Positions 12,970 to 25,085 of a stretch of 64,000 nucleotides of DNA are shown in pieces (position 1 is the stretch's first letter; each line of letters begins with the position of its first letter). The notes beneath the pieces were generated by a model. The model was not told the DNA's origin. It did not search any database and saw only the letters and a list, made by a program, of their open reading frames with translations. The position numbers were made by a program, and so were the translations under genes. Origin of the DNA: Hypanus sabinus (taxonomy: Eukaryota); assembly GCF_030144855.1 (NCBI RefSeq), contig NC_082731.1, positions 21,142,001-21,206,000 of the forward strand, given 5' to 3'.

Positions 12970-15600
12970 TTTTTTACTTTTGGTATACCTTCGTATCTAA
13001 CTTTTGTACTTCTATTTTCTTGCTTAGAAAATTTAGGATTTAATATTCGTAACTTTTCTCTCAGTTAACAGTTTCTAAGTTAATATGTTTTGATATTTCA
13101 TATTCATTTTTAAGTTTTTGTATTATATTTATATGAAGATTTTTTAATAAGTGAAATTTTGCCCTGTTTATTGTTACGTCTTGTTGGAGTTTGCCCTGAA
13201 AAAAATGCAGCTCAGCCAGTAGATTGTTTTGGGAGGAAAATAATAGGTTTAGCTGTCGACTGCCCTGTGGGTGGGAGCTGTTGGTTTTCCTTTTTTTTCC
13301 ATCAGCTGTTTGATTCTCTCAGCTTCATTTGTTGCTTGTTTTACTTTATCTTAAAGCTCCTTATATGTATCTAATAGTTATTCTAGCGGTTTTTATTCAA
13401 AATAATACTTACATTGGATTATTTTTAATTAAAAGATTTAATCTGTAAGGATTAAACCATCCTGTGAAATGTAATAATATATCGAACTATATTAAGAAAT
13501 TGAATGTTTCAGTTATATTTTTTACAAGAAACACAAATTCGTAAATGCGATAATTTACGTCTTTCCAGCCATTGGAATGCTGTAATTTTCCATTTCTCCT
13601 TTCAGCCGAAGGCAAGAAGCTTTTCGATTCTTATAGACAATTCAGCTTCTTTCGTTCAACATAATGTATTGTCTGATACCAATGGGCGTCTTATTATAGT
13701 GTCAGGACAGATAATAAATTAATGGCATTTTCTAATTTGTACTCCGCAAATATAGATGATCCAGGCTATTTTGAACGTTTTTTTTTCTTTTCCTTTTAAC
13801 AGACTTAAGTTTATATTCATTGGTTTAAGGAGGAAACTTCCACTGTTGTAATGCTTTGGATCGTTTAGATTTATTCTCCTTCTAAAGAGATTATGGAATG
13901 TATTATCTCCTCAGATGCTAAGAAAGCCATTGATTGGGTTGAGTGGAATTATGTCGTTAAAAGTTCAGAAAATTTTAATTTTGGGCCCAATTTTTTTTCA
14001 ATGGATTAAATTACTTTATTTATCTCCCTCCACTCAGGTTCCTACTTACTCTCATTACTCTAATGCACTTAAACATCATCCTGGAGCTAGACAAGGTTGT
14101 GCTTTGAGTCATTTGCTTGTTGATTTGGTTTTAGAACCTTTAGCTATTGCTTCTAATAATATCACTGGTATATTAAGCAGACGTATTACCCACAAATTTT
14201 CGCTTGATGTTGATGAGCTTTTGCTCTACATTTGTAATGTGAAGTTTTCTTTACCTTCTCTACTTTCTTCACTCTCTTGCTTATGTCAGTTTTCAGGATA
14301 TAAGCTTATCTTTAATAAGAGTGATTTTTTCCTTTAAGTAATTTGGTATTATTTAATACTAACCTTAATTTTAAAATTGTACGAAATCATTTAACCTATT
14401 TGTGCATAACAATTACTATGAATTATAAATTCCTTTTTAAAGAAAATTTTTCTGCACTTCTGAGTTATGTTAAGAAGGCACTATCAAGTTGGTCAACCCT
14501 CTCTTTATCGTTCATTGGCTTAATCAATTCTATGAAAATAAATATGTTGCCTCGCTTTTTCTCAGGCCATACCTGCTTTTATTTCTAATTACGTTTTTTT
14601 GATTATTTGGATTGTATTATATCCTCTTATATATGGAATAATAAAACCTCGATAAAATAAAATTCGTCTATAAAAGGTAAGAAGAATGGAGGTTTAGCCT
14701 TACCCAGTTTTAGGATTTATTACTGAGCAGTCAATATATGGGATATTACGATTTTGTTATATTTATCAAGTGGACTGTGGGGTCTGGGTTTCTTCAGAAG
14801 CTAACTCTAATTTTGTAGTTAAACACACTTTGAGGATTTGGGGATAATTTATTAAATATTTTAGCTTATTAAGTTTTTCATATTCCAGTCCCATTTTTTC
14901 TAAAAATGATGGACATAATGACGGAGAAGCTTCACTATTCCATGTTTTCGACTCGTCCGATCCTGGAACAACTTTGGAAGGAAGCATTTCAACGATTTTC
15001 CATGCTTTTTAAAGAAAAAGTTTAAACCTAATCCTTTGACTGCCATATTTGCTGTTGTTGGAAAAAGTGACATGGTTTTGGAGGTACATGTTTTTCATAT
15101 TTTTGCCTTTAGTTCTCTTATAGCCAGGAGGGCATTGTTGCTTAAGTGGAACGATGCCACTCCGCCTACTCCTACTCATTGGTTACAAGGTGTTGCTTAA
15201 ATTTAGAGAAAATTCGCTGTTTAATTTCTGAATCTGGACTGGAATTATTTTTTATCATTATGGGGACCTTTTTTGAATTATGTTCAAAATCTTTGATTTG
15301 CTATTAAGCACAGATGTTGGTTAATAACATGTTTTGCTATATGTTAAGGATTTCTTTCCTTGTCTATTTTTTAACCAAGCTACTGATATTTTTCTCTGGT
15401 CGTGGGTTTAGATTTTTTGTCTGTAATAACATTATTTATTTTCAATTTTATGTTCAAATTCAATTTATATGGATATGGGGTAATTACACTTTATCTGTGA
15501 TTTCAAAATATTGTAGTCGATATATATATACCGTGGATATCTTACAGTACACTGTATTCTTTTATGTATGAAATTAATAAAATATAGTTAAAGAAAAGAG
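12970..15600 (+). mobile_element. Internally deleted L1/Tx1-clade LINE
   Basis: APE: FLQETQ...DTNGRLIIVSG; RT: RQGCALSHLLVDLVLEPLAIA, SGYKLIFNKS; AT-rich with an A-rich 3' end. Confidence 0.78.
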
Positions 15601-16069
15601 ACGCTGGGTCATGAGATCTGAAAATGCACTTTAATTTCAACTGAAATATTAATAGCAAAGATCGTGCATATCAAATAAGACAATTTCAGTGGATAAGTGC
15701 TGTGAGTTCATTTAAAATTTTCAATACTCTTGTTAATTTACAACAGCTTAGAAGGTCAGTGCTAAGCTGTTTACAGGCTCTTATTATCAGGGTTGCTCCA
15801 CTCCATCAAGAGGCATTGAGTCAACGCCATTCATCTTGCCAATTGTTCAATGCTTTGAGTTGCAGATGTGTTCAATAAATATATATTGTAACTTTAATCC
15901 TATTCGTGTGACAGCGAAATTATGCCTCTCTGTAAACACAATTGATCGTGACTTGGCATCACCGCTTTTTTAGCTTTTTGAAAAAAAAACAACAACAAAT
16001 GGCTAATCCAATTGCAGAGTTCATTTATGTCGGAAGCAACTGGACTCTGGCTTTTAAATAGGTAAGCAT

Positions 16070-17690
16070 CTCGGGTACACCTGAATTCAGAGGAACCTTC
16101 CGATGAGGATGACTATCCAATCATGCGTGAATATGTTGAAGCCGCGGTATGATCACTGAAGTGCGGGGTCAGCAGGTGTTAACAACATAGTTGCTGAACT
16201 GATAAAGTATAGAGGGGAGTCAACTATAGACATGCTTCCCATCACCTGCAATACGATCTGGCAGACTGGTCAATGGCCGACCTCTTGGACTCAGTCGATG
16301 ATTATTATGCTTCCCAAAAAAGGCAGTCTTCAATTTTACCAGAATTACTGTACACTCAGTGTGATCAGCCATGTACGCAAGTTAATGCTCAGAATTGTCT
16401 TGAACAGACTGAGTCGTTAGGCAGAACACATCTTTGCCGAAGAAAAAGTAGGCTTCCGTAAGGGCAGAAGCACCACTGAACAGATTTTCAGGCTCTGCGC
16501 CTTCTGTGAGAAAGACATTCAGCACCTGAGAGAGTACTACCACGTCTTCCTATACCACAAGAAAGAGTATAACAGAGTCTGGCATGATGCCTTATGGGCC
16601 ACTATAAGGAAATTAATAATGGGGCAGTAGCTGATTCATACAATCCATCAGATTTACGCCAAGGCAACCAGTGCAGTACTCGCTCAGAGCAACATCGAGG
16701 AGTGGTTCCACACCTCTGTAGGAGTTCGACACGGCTACCAACTTCCCCCTCACTCTTCAATATCTTCCTGGAGCCGATCATGAGTTTCGTTCTTGACGAT
16801 CATGTGGGCACAGTCAGCATCGGAGGGAGAAACATCACAAACTTAAGCTATGCTAACGACATTGGTGGACTTGCAGGAAAAAATGAATGAACTTGCCAAC
16901 CCGGTCAGCTATCTTGACAGAGCCTCCACGAAGTTTGGAATGGAAATAAGTGCCGAGAAGTCCAAACTCAAGGCAAATACCAACAGTGCCATCACAACAG
17001 ACAGCTCATTCCATGATCAGAAACCTGAGACAGTGCAGCATTTCAAATACTGGGTGTAATCATCAGTGATGAAGGATCAAGATCAGAAGTCCTGGCAAGA
17101 ACCGCACAGACACTGACTACACAATCCAAACTCAAGACAATACGGAGGGACAGCAACATCACCATTAAGTAGAATATCAGACTCCTGCGTGCATTGGTAT
17201 TCTCTATCTTCCTGTAAGCATGCGCATCATGTAATCTTACATCAGAATAACAGAGGAAGATAGTTATTGGAAATGAGATTCTATCCCAACATCTTCGGCA
17301 CCTCATACATACACCACATCAGAAACAAGATAGTCTGCAATACAATCCAGCACCACATTGCCCCCCGCCAAGTGTGAGGAAAAGAAAGGTGAGATGGTAC
17401 GGCCACGTAACAAGGTCCAGTGGCCTTGAAAAGACCGTTCTACAAGGAACTGGGGAAAGGTAAGGAAAGAGAAGTGAACAAAGGTAAAATGGACGAACAG
17501 CATTAAAGAATGGACAGCGAATACATTTTCAGTTACACAGGTGCTGCCACACAAAGGCGATAGATGGAACAGATTGGTGCCAATTGGTGTCAATGGTGCC
17601 AATGACGGGGTCAGGACGACTTCGCCAGGAGTTAATGGCTCAAGTGAAGGCATGGCAAGGCATTCAGGTAGTAATAAAAACGAACAACAT
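16070..17690 (+). mobile_element. RTE-clade LINE, 5'-truncated
   Basis: IWQTGQWPTSWTQSMIIMLPKKG...ISHVRKLMLRIVLNRL; SPSLFNIFLE; SYANDIGGLAG. Absent from the homologous V2 and V3 flanks. Confidence 0.82.
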
Positions 17691-18157
17691 CCAGCACCAT
17701 GGAATGAAATCAAAACTACGAATTAAATCAAAAGCAATAGGATTGCTTCTTAGTGATTTCAGTAAACGGTAGTATCTACAGCGTTTTGAAGTATAATGTT
17801 GATTGGAATATTTGCGATTCTTGTGCCAATGTTTGGTCCTTTTCTATATCCAAGGAATCCCTATAGGTATTTGTGCATCCGTGCTGAGTATTGTGGCCGT
17901 TTCAGATGTGAAAGGTGAATTTTCAAATAAAATTAGTAACACAAATCAATCACTTAAGATGAACTGATTCTGACATATTTATATCTAAATAAGAACAGAA
18001 CCATTATGCAAATGCAAAGAAGATATGTCACTAGAGAGAGAAACTCACCATGGCATCTTATGAAAACACTGGACCAATCCGGTAGGGTTCAGTTAGCATT
18101 TATATTCACCTTGATTTGTTCGCCCTCTATCGAGCTCTCGATGAAAGTGCAAAAGTG

Positions 18158-18195
18158 GGTTTTTGTTCGAGATAATCGAGTTTTTCAGCGCCGTG
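18158..18195 (-). promoter_or_regulatory. Recombination signal sequence of V1 (heptamer CACGGCG, 22-bp spacer, nonamer ACAAAAACC)
   Basis: Plus-strand cgccgtg at 18189-18195 and ggtttttgt at 18158-18166; spacer 18167-18188. Confidence 0.93.
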
Positions 18196-18671
18196 GGCTC
18201 ATCGCGCAGAGGTAAGTGGCTGAGTCAGAGATTATGGCGGTCTTAATTGATAGTTCGGTAAACTTTTTACTGTTGTTATAGGAAGCAAATAATCTGTCGG
18301 TTACACCTTCACCTCGATATACTGTCTCTCCGACAATCTGAAACAAATACTGTGGTCTCTGTCTGGTGCGCTGCCTGTACCAGAAAACTTTCGGCAATGC
18401 ATTGTTTGTTTGCAGAGTACAGTTTACTGTAATATTACTTCCTTCTTCGAACGTCATTGCAGCCACTGACTGTTCCACAGAGTTTTGAAGGCTCCAATCT
18501 AATAGTAAAATGCAAAATAGATCATAAGCTCTACTTGAAACAGCACGGTTACATAAAGAGAAAAAAAAAAAGTGCTTACGGAGAATTATCGTGTTCTGCA
18601 ATATTACAATGAAGGAATATCTTACCCAGAAGGAACACAATAATGACGACCGGCGTGAGACAGTTCTGCAT
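18196..18671 (-). CDS. TCR alpha/delta-type V segment V1 (leader exon 18626-18671, intron 18499-18625, V exon 18196-18498), apparently functional
   Basis: Leader MQNCLTPVVIIVFLL + G|gtaag; acceptor ttttactattAG. Open V exon DWSLQNSVEQ...NCTLQ...FWYRQ...SDSATYLCAMS has the canonical Cys, Trp and Cys and is followed directly by an RSS. Alpha/delta assignment is inferred from motifs and the absence of nearby D/J/C. Confidence 0.93.
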
Positions 18672-18749
18672 AATCACTCTGTTTGAGTCCGTACTCGCGT
18701 GATCACACAATGGAGACTCATTGCCAGTGGAGAAATACACATACCTTGG

Positions 18750-18850
18750 CGAAACCGACCAATCAGAACAGGCAACGCAGGTGTTGAATCACCAAAGACA
18801 CAATAGAAAAAAAAAGGCGTTCAGTCGCAGTGCAGGAAATGAAGTTCTGT
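18750..18850 (-). promoter_or_regulatory. Putative V1 proximal promoter (CCAAT 18759-18763, E-box CAGGTG 18778-18783, GGAAATGAAG 18835-18844)
   Basis: The CCAAT and GGAAATGAA motifs lie at equivalent distances from the ATG in V1, V2 and V3; the E-box is V1-only. Function is inferred. Confidence 0.55.
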
Positions 18851-20559
18851 CAAGGCCATCGCAGAAGTGCAGTACAAAGGAGTTAAATACCCGTCAGTTG
18901 CATTTAACATCACAGCACCTCTCAAAGGCAAACGATTGCGGGAAACCGGCAATTTTAATGGAGAAGAATGCTAACAAATTGCGCTTGCACAAGGAGACAG
19001 AGGGTGCGAGAAGGTTAAAAGGGTGGGTTACGAAGCGCGGTTGCTATAAAAGATGAATTAACGGTCTTTACTCTCTCTGTCGTATGTTTCTGTTGAACGT
19101 AGCGATTCCGGAGACGATCTGAAAAGCAGAGCTGAGGAAGCAGTACAACGCACAGCGCATGGTACCTTGACATTTTCACTTCCACCCTATGCAAAAAAAT
19201 TTTCGCTGCATAACTTATCAATTAACTTAGCGGATGGAAGTGGTGATAAATTGTGTGCAGGCTGTTAAGATGTAAAAAGGCCCTGACTTTCATGTAACAT
19301 CTCTTGGAACAAAAAAAAAAGATACAGTCCAACAGATGGCAGCAAAACGTATGCTATTCGCTCATTATGACTGTCCTTTCTTGGATTTGCCAAGAAATTT
19401 CTACACCCTCCGGCTGCTCCCAACGTTTTCGTCTTTTAGAATTGACATGTGAACTGAAAACAAGCAATTCCTCCGGATAAACTCTTGACAAGTGGCGTTC
19501 TCGCATCTGATTAAATGTTTATTTTTCTGGTTAATCTGGTTTGAAATCTCAAAATAACCAGGTTTTTCAACATGAATGATGTATATAATGGATCAATCCA
19601 TATATCTAGATATATATATGTCAGGATTAAAACAACAATATTTCCTTTCGGCGAAAGTTGCGACTCGTCAGGGAATTTCGACCTAATTGATTTGAATTAG
19701 TAACGGATTGTTTTCCTGAAGTAGAGACTCAGAAGTAAACCAGATCGATATCTTGTGTCTTGTGACTGTTCAGCAGGATATGATGTTGTACCATCCCAGT
19801 GGACGATACCCGCAGGTTTTGATTAACTTCTCATGCGTCACTGACGTCAAAAAGCAAGTCTAATTTTGGGAACAGTGGCATGCGATGGATTGTCACGGGC
19901 TGTTCTGTTTGTCCTTCATACTCGGAAAAAATAAAGGCTTTTTAAAAGTTATCATAAGATATGTGTGATCAGAAGTACCTGGTGTGTTTTTTACACATTT
20001 TAATCATTTTAATGAAATGCACCAAGAGACATCTCATTAGTTCAAGTAGCACCAGAAGAGGTGATAGTTTTTTTTTTCTTTTTTTTTTCTTTTGTCTCCA
20101 TGATTATTCGAAACAGCCAACCCAAATTTACCCTGTTGACAACAACTGCAGGAAATGCTCATTCAGCGTAATTCACTACTGCTCGTTTTGCTGATGAATT
20201 ACACGAGTTGAGGAGCAGTAGCAATTGACTATGGCAGCTGGGCAGTTAACATTGCTGTCCTGTCGCAAACACTGTCAAAACTCATGGAACATATAACAGT
20301 GAACAGAGTCCCTGAACGATTTTGAAACTGTATCGCTGCGTTTTAACATGTAAGGAGTTGTGTTCAATAAAAATATATCTGCGAGAACAATTACAGATCG
20401 TTGATAATAAATTAATATTTATTGTCAATTAATCCACGAGTAATCGGAGACTTACTATTTTTATTTAAGTTTATATTCACAACATCAGTTTCTCGGACTG
20501 AATTTTGCTCACCCATCAGCACACCTCAATTCTAATCAACACGCTGAAAACCTGGGTCT

Positions 20560-21130
20560 CATTACTCCAAACCTGCAGCTGGATCAGAACGACTCAACGG
20601 GAGACCGCCGTGTGTACGAATTGGAAATAACATCTCATCCTGGTTGACGAGCAATTGTGAACACTTCAACGATCACCCAATTCTCTACACTTCCTGCAAG
20701 CACGATTCTGTGGAGAGGCAGATCTCTAAAGCCATCTTTAATTTTGAAGACGACATAAATATGGTTTGCATTGTTTCAGGTAGTGACGAAGAGGATCCAT
20801 AGAGATTGTCTGTCTGAGTGTTGTCGCAGCACGAACCTTCTCACTAGGACGATCATTTCATGTTGGACTTCTGTAATGTAAACTGAAGGAACAATAAAAA
20901 TCCTTACTGAGGGATCAAAAGTGGAAAGCTTGAGCAATTTCGAATGTCTGGGTGTCGATATCGTTTTGGATTTATACTGGACACCATTAAAAAGAAGGCA
21001 CTACAGTGGCTAAATGCCACAGGAGGCTTGATATGATTTGTTCTGCTACCCAACACTCATGGTAATTTCAAGTGATGTATCATAGTGATCATTTAAACTG
21101 TCTGAATCAATATCTGGTATGGTGGGATAA
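20560..21130 (+). mobile_element. Rex1/Babar-like LINE RT relic
   Basis: tttgaagacgacataaatatggtttgcattgtttcaggtagtgacgaagag (FADDT-like region); paralog of 44830-45360. Confidence 0.55.
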
Positions 21131-24100
21131 CTGCGCAGGAACAAATAAAAACAGAAAAAAATAACTGCAAAACTTTTTAAACACAGCCAGCATCATCATT
21201 GACACAACATCCCCAGCATCCAGGATATTTGCAAAGGGCAACGCCTTGAAATGATCGCTTGTTTTATTGGCCACTCCTCGCAAAACCCCACCACCAAACA
21301 CATCTCCTCACACTCAAATTTTCAGGAAAACGTGTTTCCCCTCTGCAATCAAATTTCCCAATGGAAGATCAAACTAAAACTCTGCCTTCGTATCACTTCA
21401 ATCACGCTTTGCACTGCTTATTTATCTATCTATCATATATGCACTTGTTGTAAAACCATAATTGGTATGCATTGGGGCAGAGAGTAAGTGGAGATTAAAT
21501 GGGAGAGCAATGAATCTTTGCTGCAGCAAAAGATGCAATAGCAGTCTTCACTAATTTTGATTTCTCGCAGAACGTAGAGACGGAAGATTTGATCTGAAAA
21601 GCAGAAACAAGGAAGCAGCACGACGCACGACATTTTGTTGTGTTCACATGCAGACTATGAAAAGTAACGGTTCTCGAAAGGGCTTACCAGTTTAGCAGCA
21701 GCATGGAAGTGGTGGTTCATGGTGAATTGTCTGGTGATACGTGAAGGTGGTACTGAGTTCTATATAACAGCTTCAAGAACAAAGAAGATATATTGCACCA
21801 GTTGTCAGAAAAGCTGAAGTAACGAATTCGCTTATGAGTGCTGTTTTTTCTTGGACTATTGGAAAAGCTTTCAGGGCAACGATTTTTTCTCCGTAACTGC
21901 TGACAAACTATAAACCAGCATTTGATATAGTACTTTTCCCTCCTGGATCTGAACTGAAAAATCTCTATGATCAAGTTGTTCAACATCAAACTGACGAATA
22001 TCAAGCATCGAAAGATGTAAATAGATATATACGTAAGGAGATAAAGCAATATTTCCTTTTGAAGAATGTTGAGAATAATCGGGGAATTTCCCGCCTAATT
22101 TACAGGAATTTGTCACACACCTAATTTCTGAGGAAGTGACTCAAAAACAAATAAATGCAACCAGAACGAGCTGTTCAGCAGAATATGATGTTGTACCACT
22201 TCAGTGCGCGTTTTCCGCCAATTTTGATTAATGGCTCACAAATCACTGAGATCAAAAAGCATGTCTCGTACTTTGGGAACTGTGGCATGCGAGTTCTTCG
22301 TCTTGGGCGCATGCGTGCTTCGGTAATCATCGGCAAGAATGGAAGTAATTTTTGATCATGATAAAATATGGTATCATAAGTGAACAAAATCGCCAGTAAG
22401 AGAAGGCTAGCAGAAAACTGCAAATGAACTCTTTTGAGCAATATCATGGATCGTACGGCCATAAGGAAACATCTCAACTTATGATGTGTTGAAATTCTGA
22501 CATTGCCAAAAGCATGGTCTTAGAACGTGCTGTCCACCTCACCTTATGCTGCAGTAAATAATCGTATATCATCATATCAAAAAGGTTTTCACCTGCATTT
22601 GAAGTCATGTTTTGATTCAGCGCCGATCTCATACTGTGCATGTGATGTGCATAATTGACGTAGAATGGAATGGGGTCAAGCTGTTCTTGTAAAGTGACAA
22701 ATAATATGTTCTGCCTGACATAGAGATTTGCTGTCCCATTCTTTATGGTGGATTGTGCTGATTCGATGCTGCGACTCATAGGAGTGATTATTTTCCTCAT
22801 TTTAGCCATATAAGCGAACTGAGCAATGCCTAACAATAACCCTGCAAAAGTAATCAGTCAGATGGACCAAAATGTAATACTATCACTGTAGTTGTGTTCC
22901 CTTTAATTCATTTTGTCTCCGGGATTAACCCAACAGGAAACCGGACTTTGCCATGTGGAGACTAACTTCTAGCAGCAAGAAACATCCGGCGTAATTCACC
23001 AATGCTCGTTTTGCTGATGCAGTCCAGGTGTTGAGAAGTACTTGCACCTGTGCAGCTGACCGACTCCGCGTGGTATTTGCTTGCGAAGACTAAATTGAGA
23101 GAAAGGGAATGAATCTTCTCACAACTACTGATTACGTTTCTGCATTGCAGCTCTGTTGCAAACAATGTGAAACATCCATGGGGCACGAAACAGTGAAGCG
23201 ATTCTCTGAATGTCATTGTGAACTGCTCAAAGGGGTTTTAGCATAGAAGATAACATGCAACATACGGCAATGAGGTAATATATGATAACAATATAAATGA
23301 TATATCTGAGAGCAATTTCTACTAGTTTATCATAAATTATTATTCATTGTAATAACTTATGTTGAAGGTTACTTTAGTTTGATTACTCATTGCGAGAAAA
23401 GGTAATACTGTATAATAAACTTTCTATCCTGGGAATCTGTACAGTTTGTCCAATAACTCAATCTAATGCATCAGTCCCTGGTGAAGTGTGAAGCTGTTAT
23501 AGGTCTACGTTCTTGCCTAACTTCTGCAGCTGCCTATATGATCTTTGTGAACGCTTTGAAGTGATCAGTTAATATCATGGACTCTGTCAGATAGCTACAC
23601 TGAAAACAGACGCAGGATCCAATTTCACTGTAATTGATGTAATATGGAGAGAGTTTGTACAGCATTAACCAGGATCACATACAAGGGCACTGCCTTTTCG
23701 CGAATAATACAACGTGATCAAAGTCAGTGGCGTTGGAAACTTTAATGTAATCTTATGACAAAGACGACATACCACGTCCTCTAATTCATAAATGAAAAAC
23801 TACGTGAAACAAACATTCACAAGATCAGACAGTATTTGGTCAGTGCGAAGAAGAGTTCCTGTTATTCATCATATACCTAATAATCTCTTCCACTCTTTAA
23901 CGAACCAGTGTAATATGCAGCTTGAGGGATCATAGTGCAAAGGATACCCAAGTATTAAAAAATATTGAGCCCTGCAGCATAAACAGATGATTGCTGTATC
24001 TAATATGCCGAATTTAAACTAACATAAGCAAGACATAGGAAAATGTTTTCACAGTGATATGTGTTGCTTCCGCTGCTATAATGTCACCTAAGGACGATGT

Positions 24101-24478
24101 TGACTCAGTATTAATCGTCTGGTTTCATATTTCCTCTCAGATAGGGAATAAATTCAAGCATATCTAGAAAACGAAACAATTTTTAATGTAAATACCTGTG
24201 TGCATCGTGACTGTTTCATTTTATCTTTTGACGAAGCATTCTTTTTCAAAAACTCAGAATAAGTAGACATGTCTAATATGTGGATAACGTAAATGAAACC
24301 GTGTTTTTCATCATTTATTATTAGTTAGGACAACGAAAAAGGTGGGGAAACAACTAAGGTATCAGTAAATGGCCGCGTCCCAAGTTAAACACAGTATCTC
24401 AGTGAATTCTACTCAGTTGGGAAATAAAAAAGTTCCTTCGATTTAGGATGAATTATTTAATTTTCGCCGAAATGCTCC

Positions 24479-25085
24479 TGTAGCGTCTGTGCCCCTTATT
24501 TACCCCAGTTCGCCTAGGGTGGACCGCCGTCACCCCGCCAAACGTGTAAATGCGTTGTAATGCCCCTTGGTACATGTTCGCAACACAAATATCAGAAATA
24601 CACCAAAGGCGAGTACATAATTACACCTTCAGCTATTGCATATTAATGGGTGAGTAGAAACAGATAAACTAAAGGCGCCAAATCTGTAAGATTATAATTT
24701 GTGCACATAATGTTTTAATACTTTGATGCTGACGCCTCCGGTTCCATACAAAACAACCTTGCGAGCCTTTGACCACCGTTCGAACTGGCGACTTACAGTA
24801 TAGGCCGCTCTGGAACCGCTGTCCGTTCCTCGCACGCACGTCCTCCTCGCTCGCCTCCCGAAAAAGACCGCGAACCCCCGCACTGCTCACACATATAAGA
24901 CAGCAGAACGTTCTCCATTGGTTAATTCCCTCTTATTTGCAGTTATAATCCAGGTAATCCACTGAAGAACCCATTACGGCATTGAGTAACATTATAGAGG
25001 AACGATTCCATTATAACACTAGAGCGAAGCCATTTCGTTAACCTGAAGAGTTGGCACCCCAGTTAATGATACTGAGATCCCTGCA
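24479..25085 (-). repeat. 3' LTR of the 24.5-29.1 kb Gypsy element
   Basis: TG...CA ends, adjacent PPT, similarity to 28765-29111. Confidence 0.75.

Noticed and set aside
18395-18405. WGCW AID hotspots in CDR1 of V1-V3
   Set aside because: A 4-nt degenerate motif is expected about every 64 bp; uninformative without repertoire data.
18499-18640. ORF-track extension of V1 through its intron (similar for V3 at 57555-57612)
   Set aside because: Starts at non-ATG codons; the real structure is a spliced leader exon, and read-through from the true leader hits a stop.
19842-19849. Perfect CRE TGACGTCA about 1.2 kb upstream of V1
   Set aside because: Not conserved at the paralogous positions (about 22240 and 50330).
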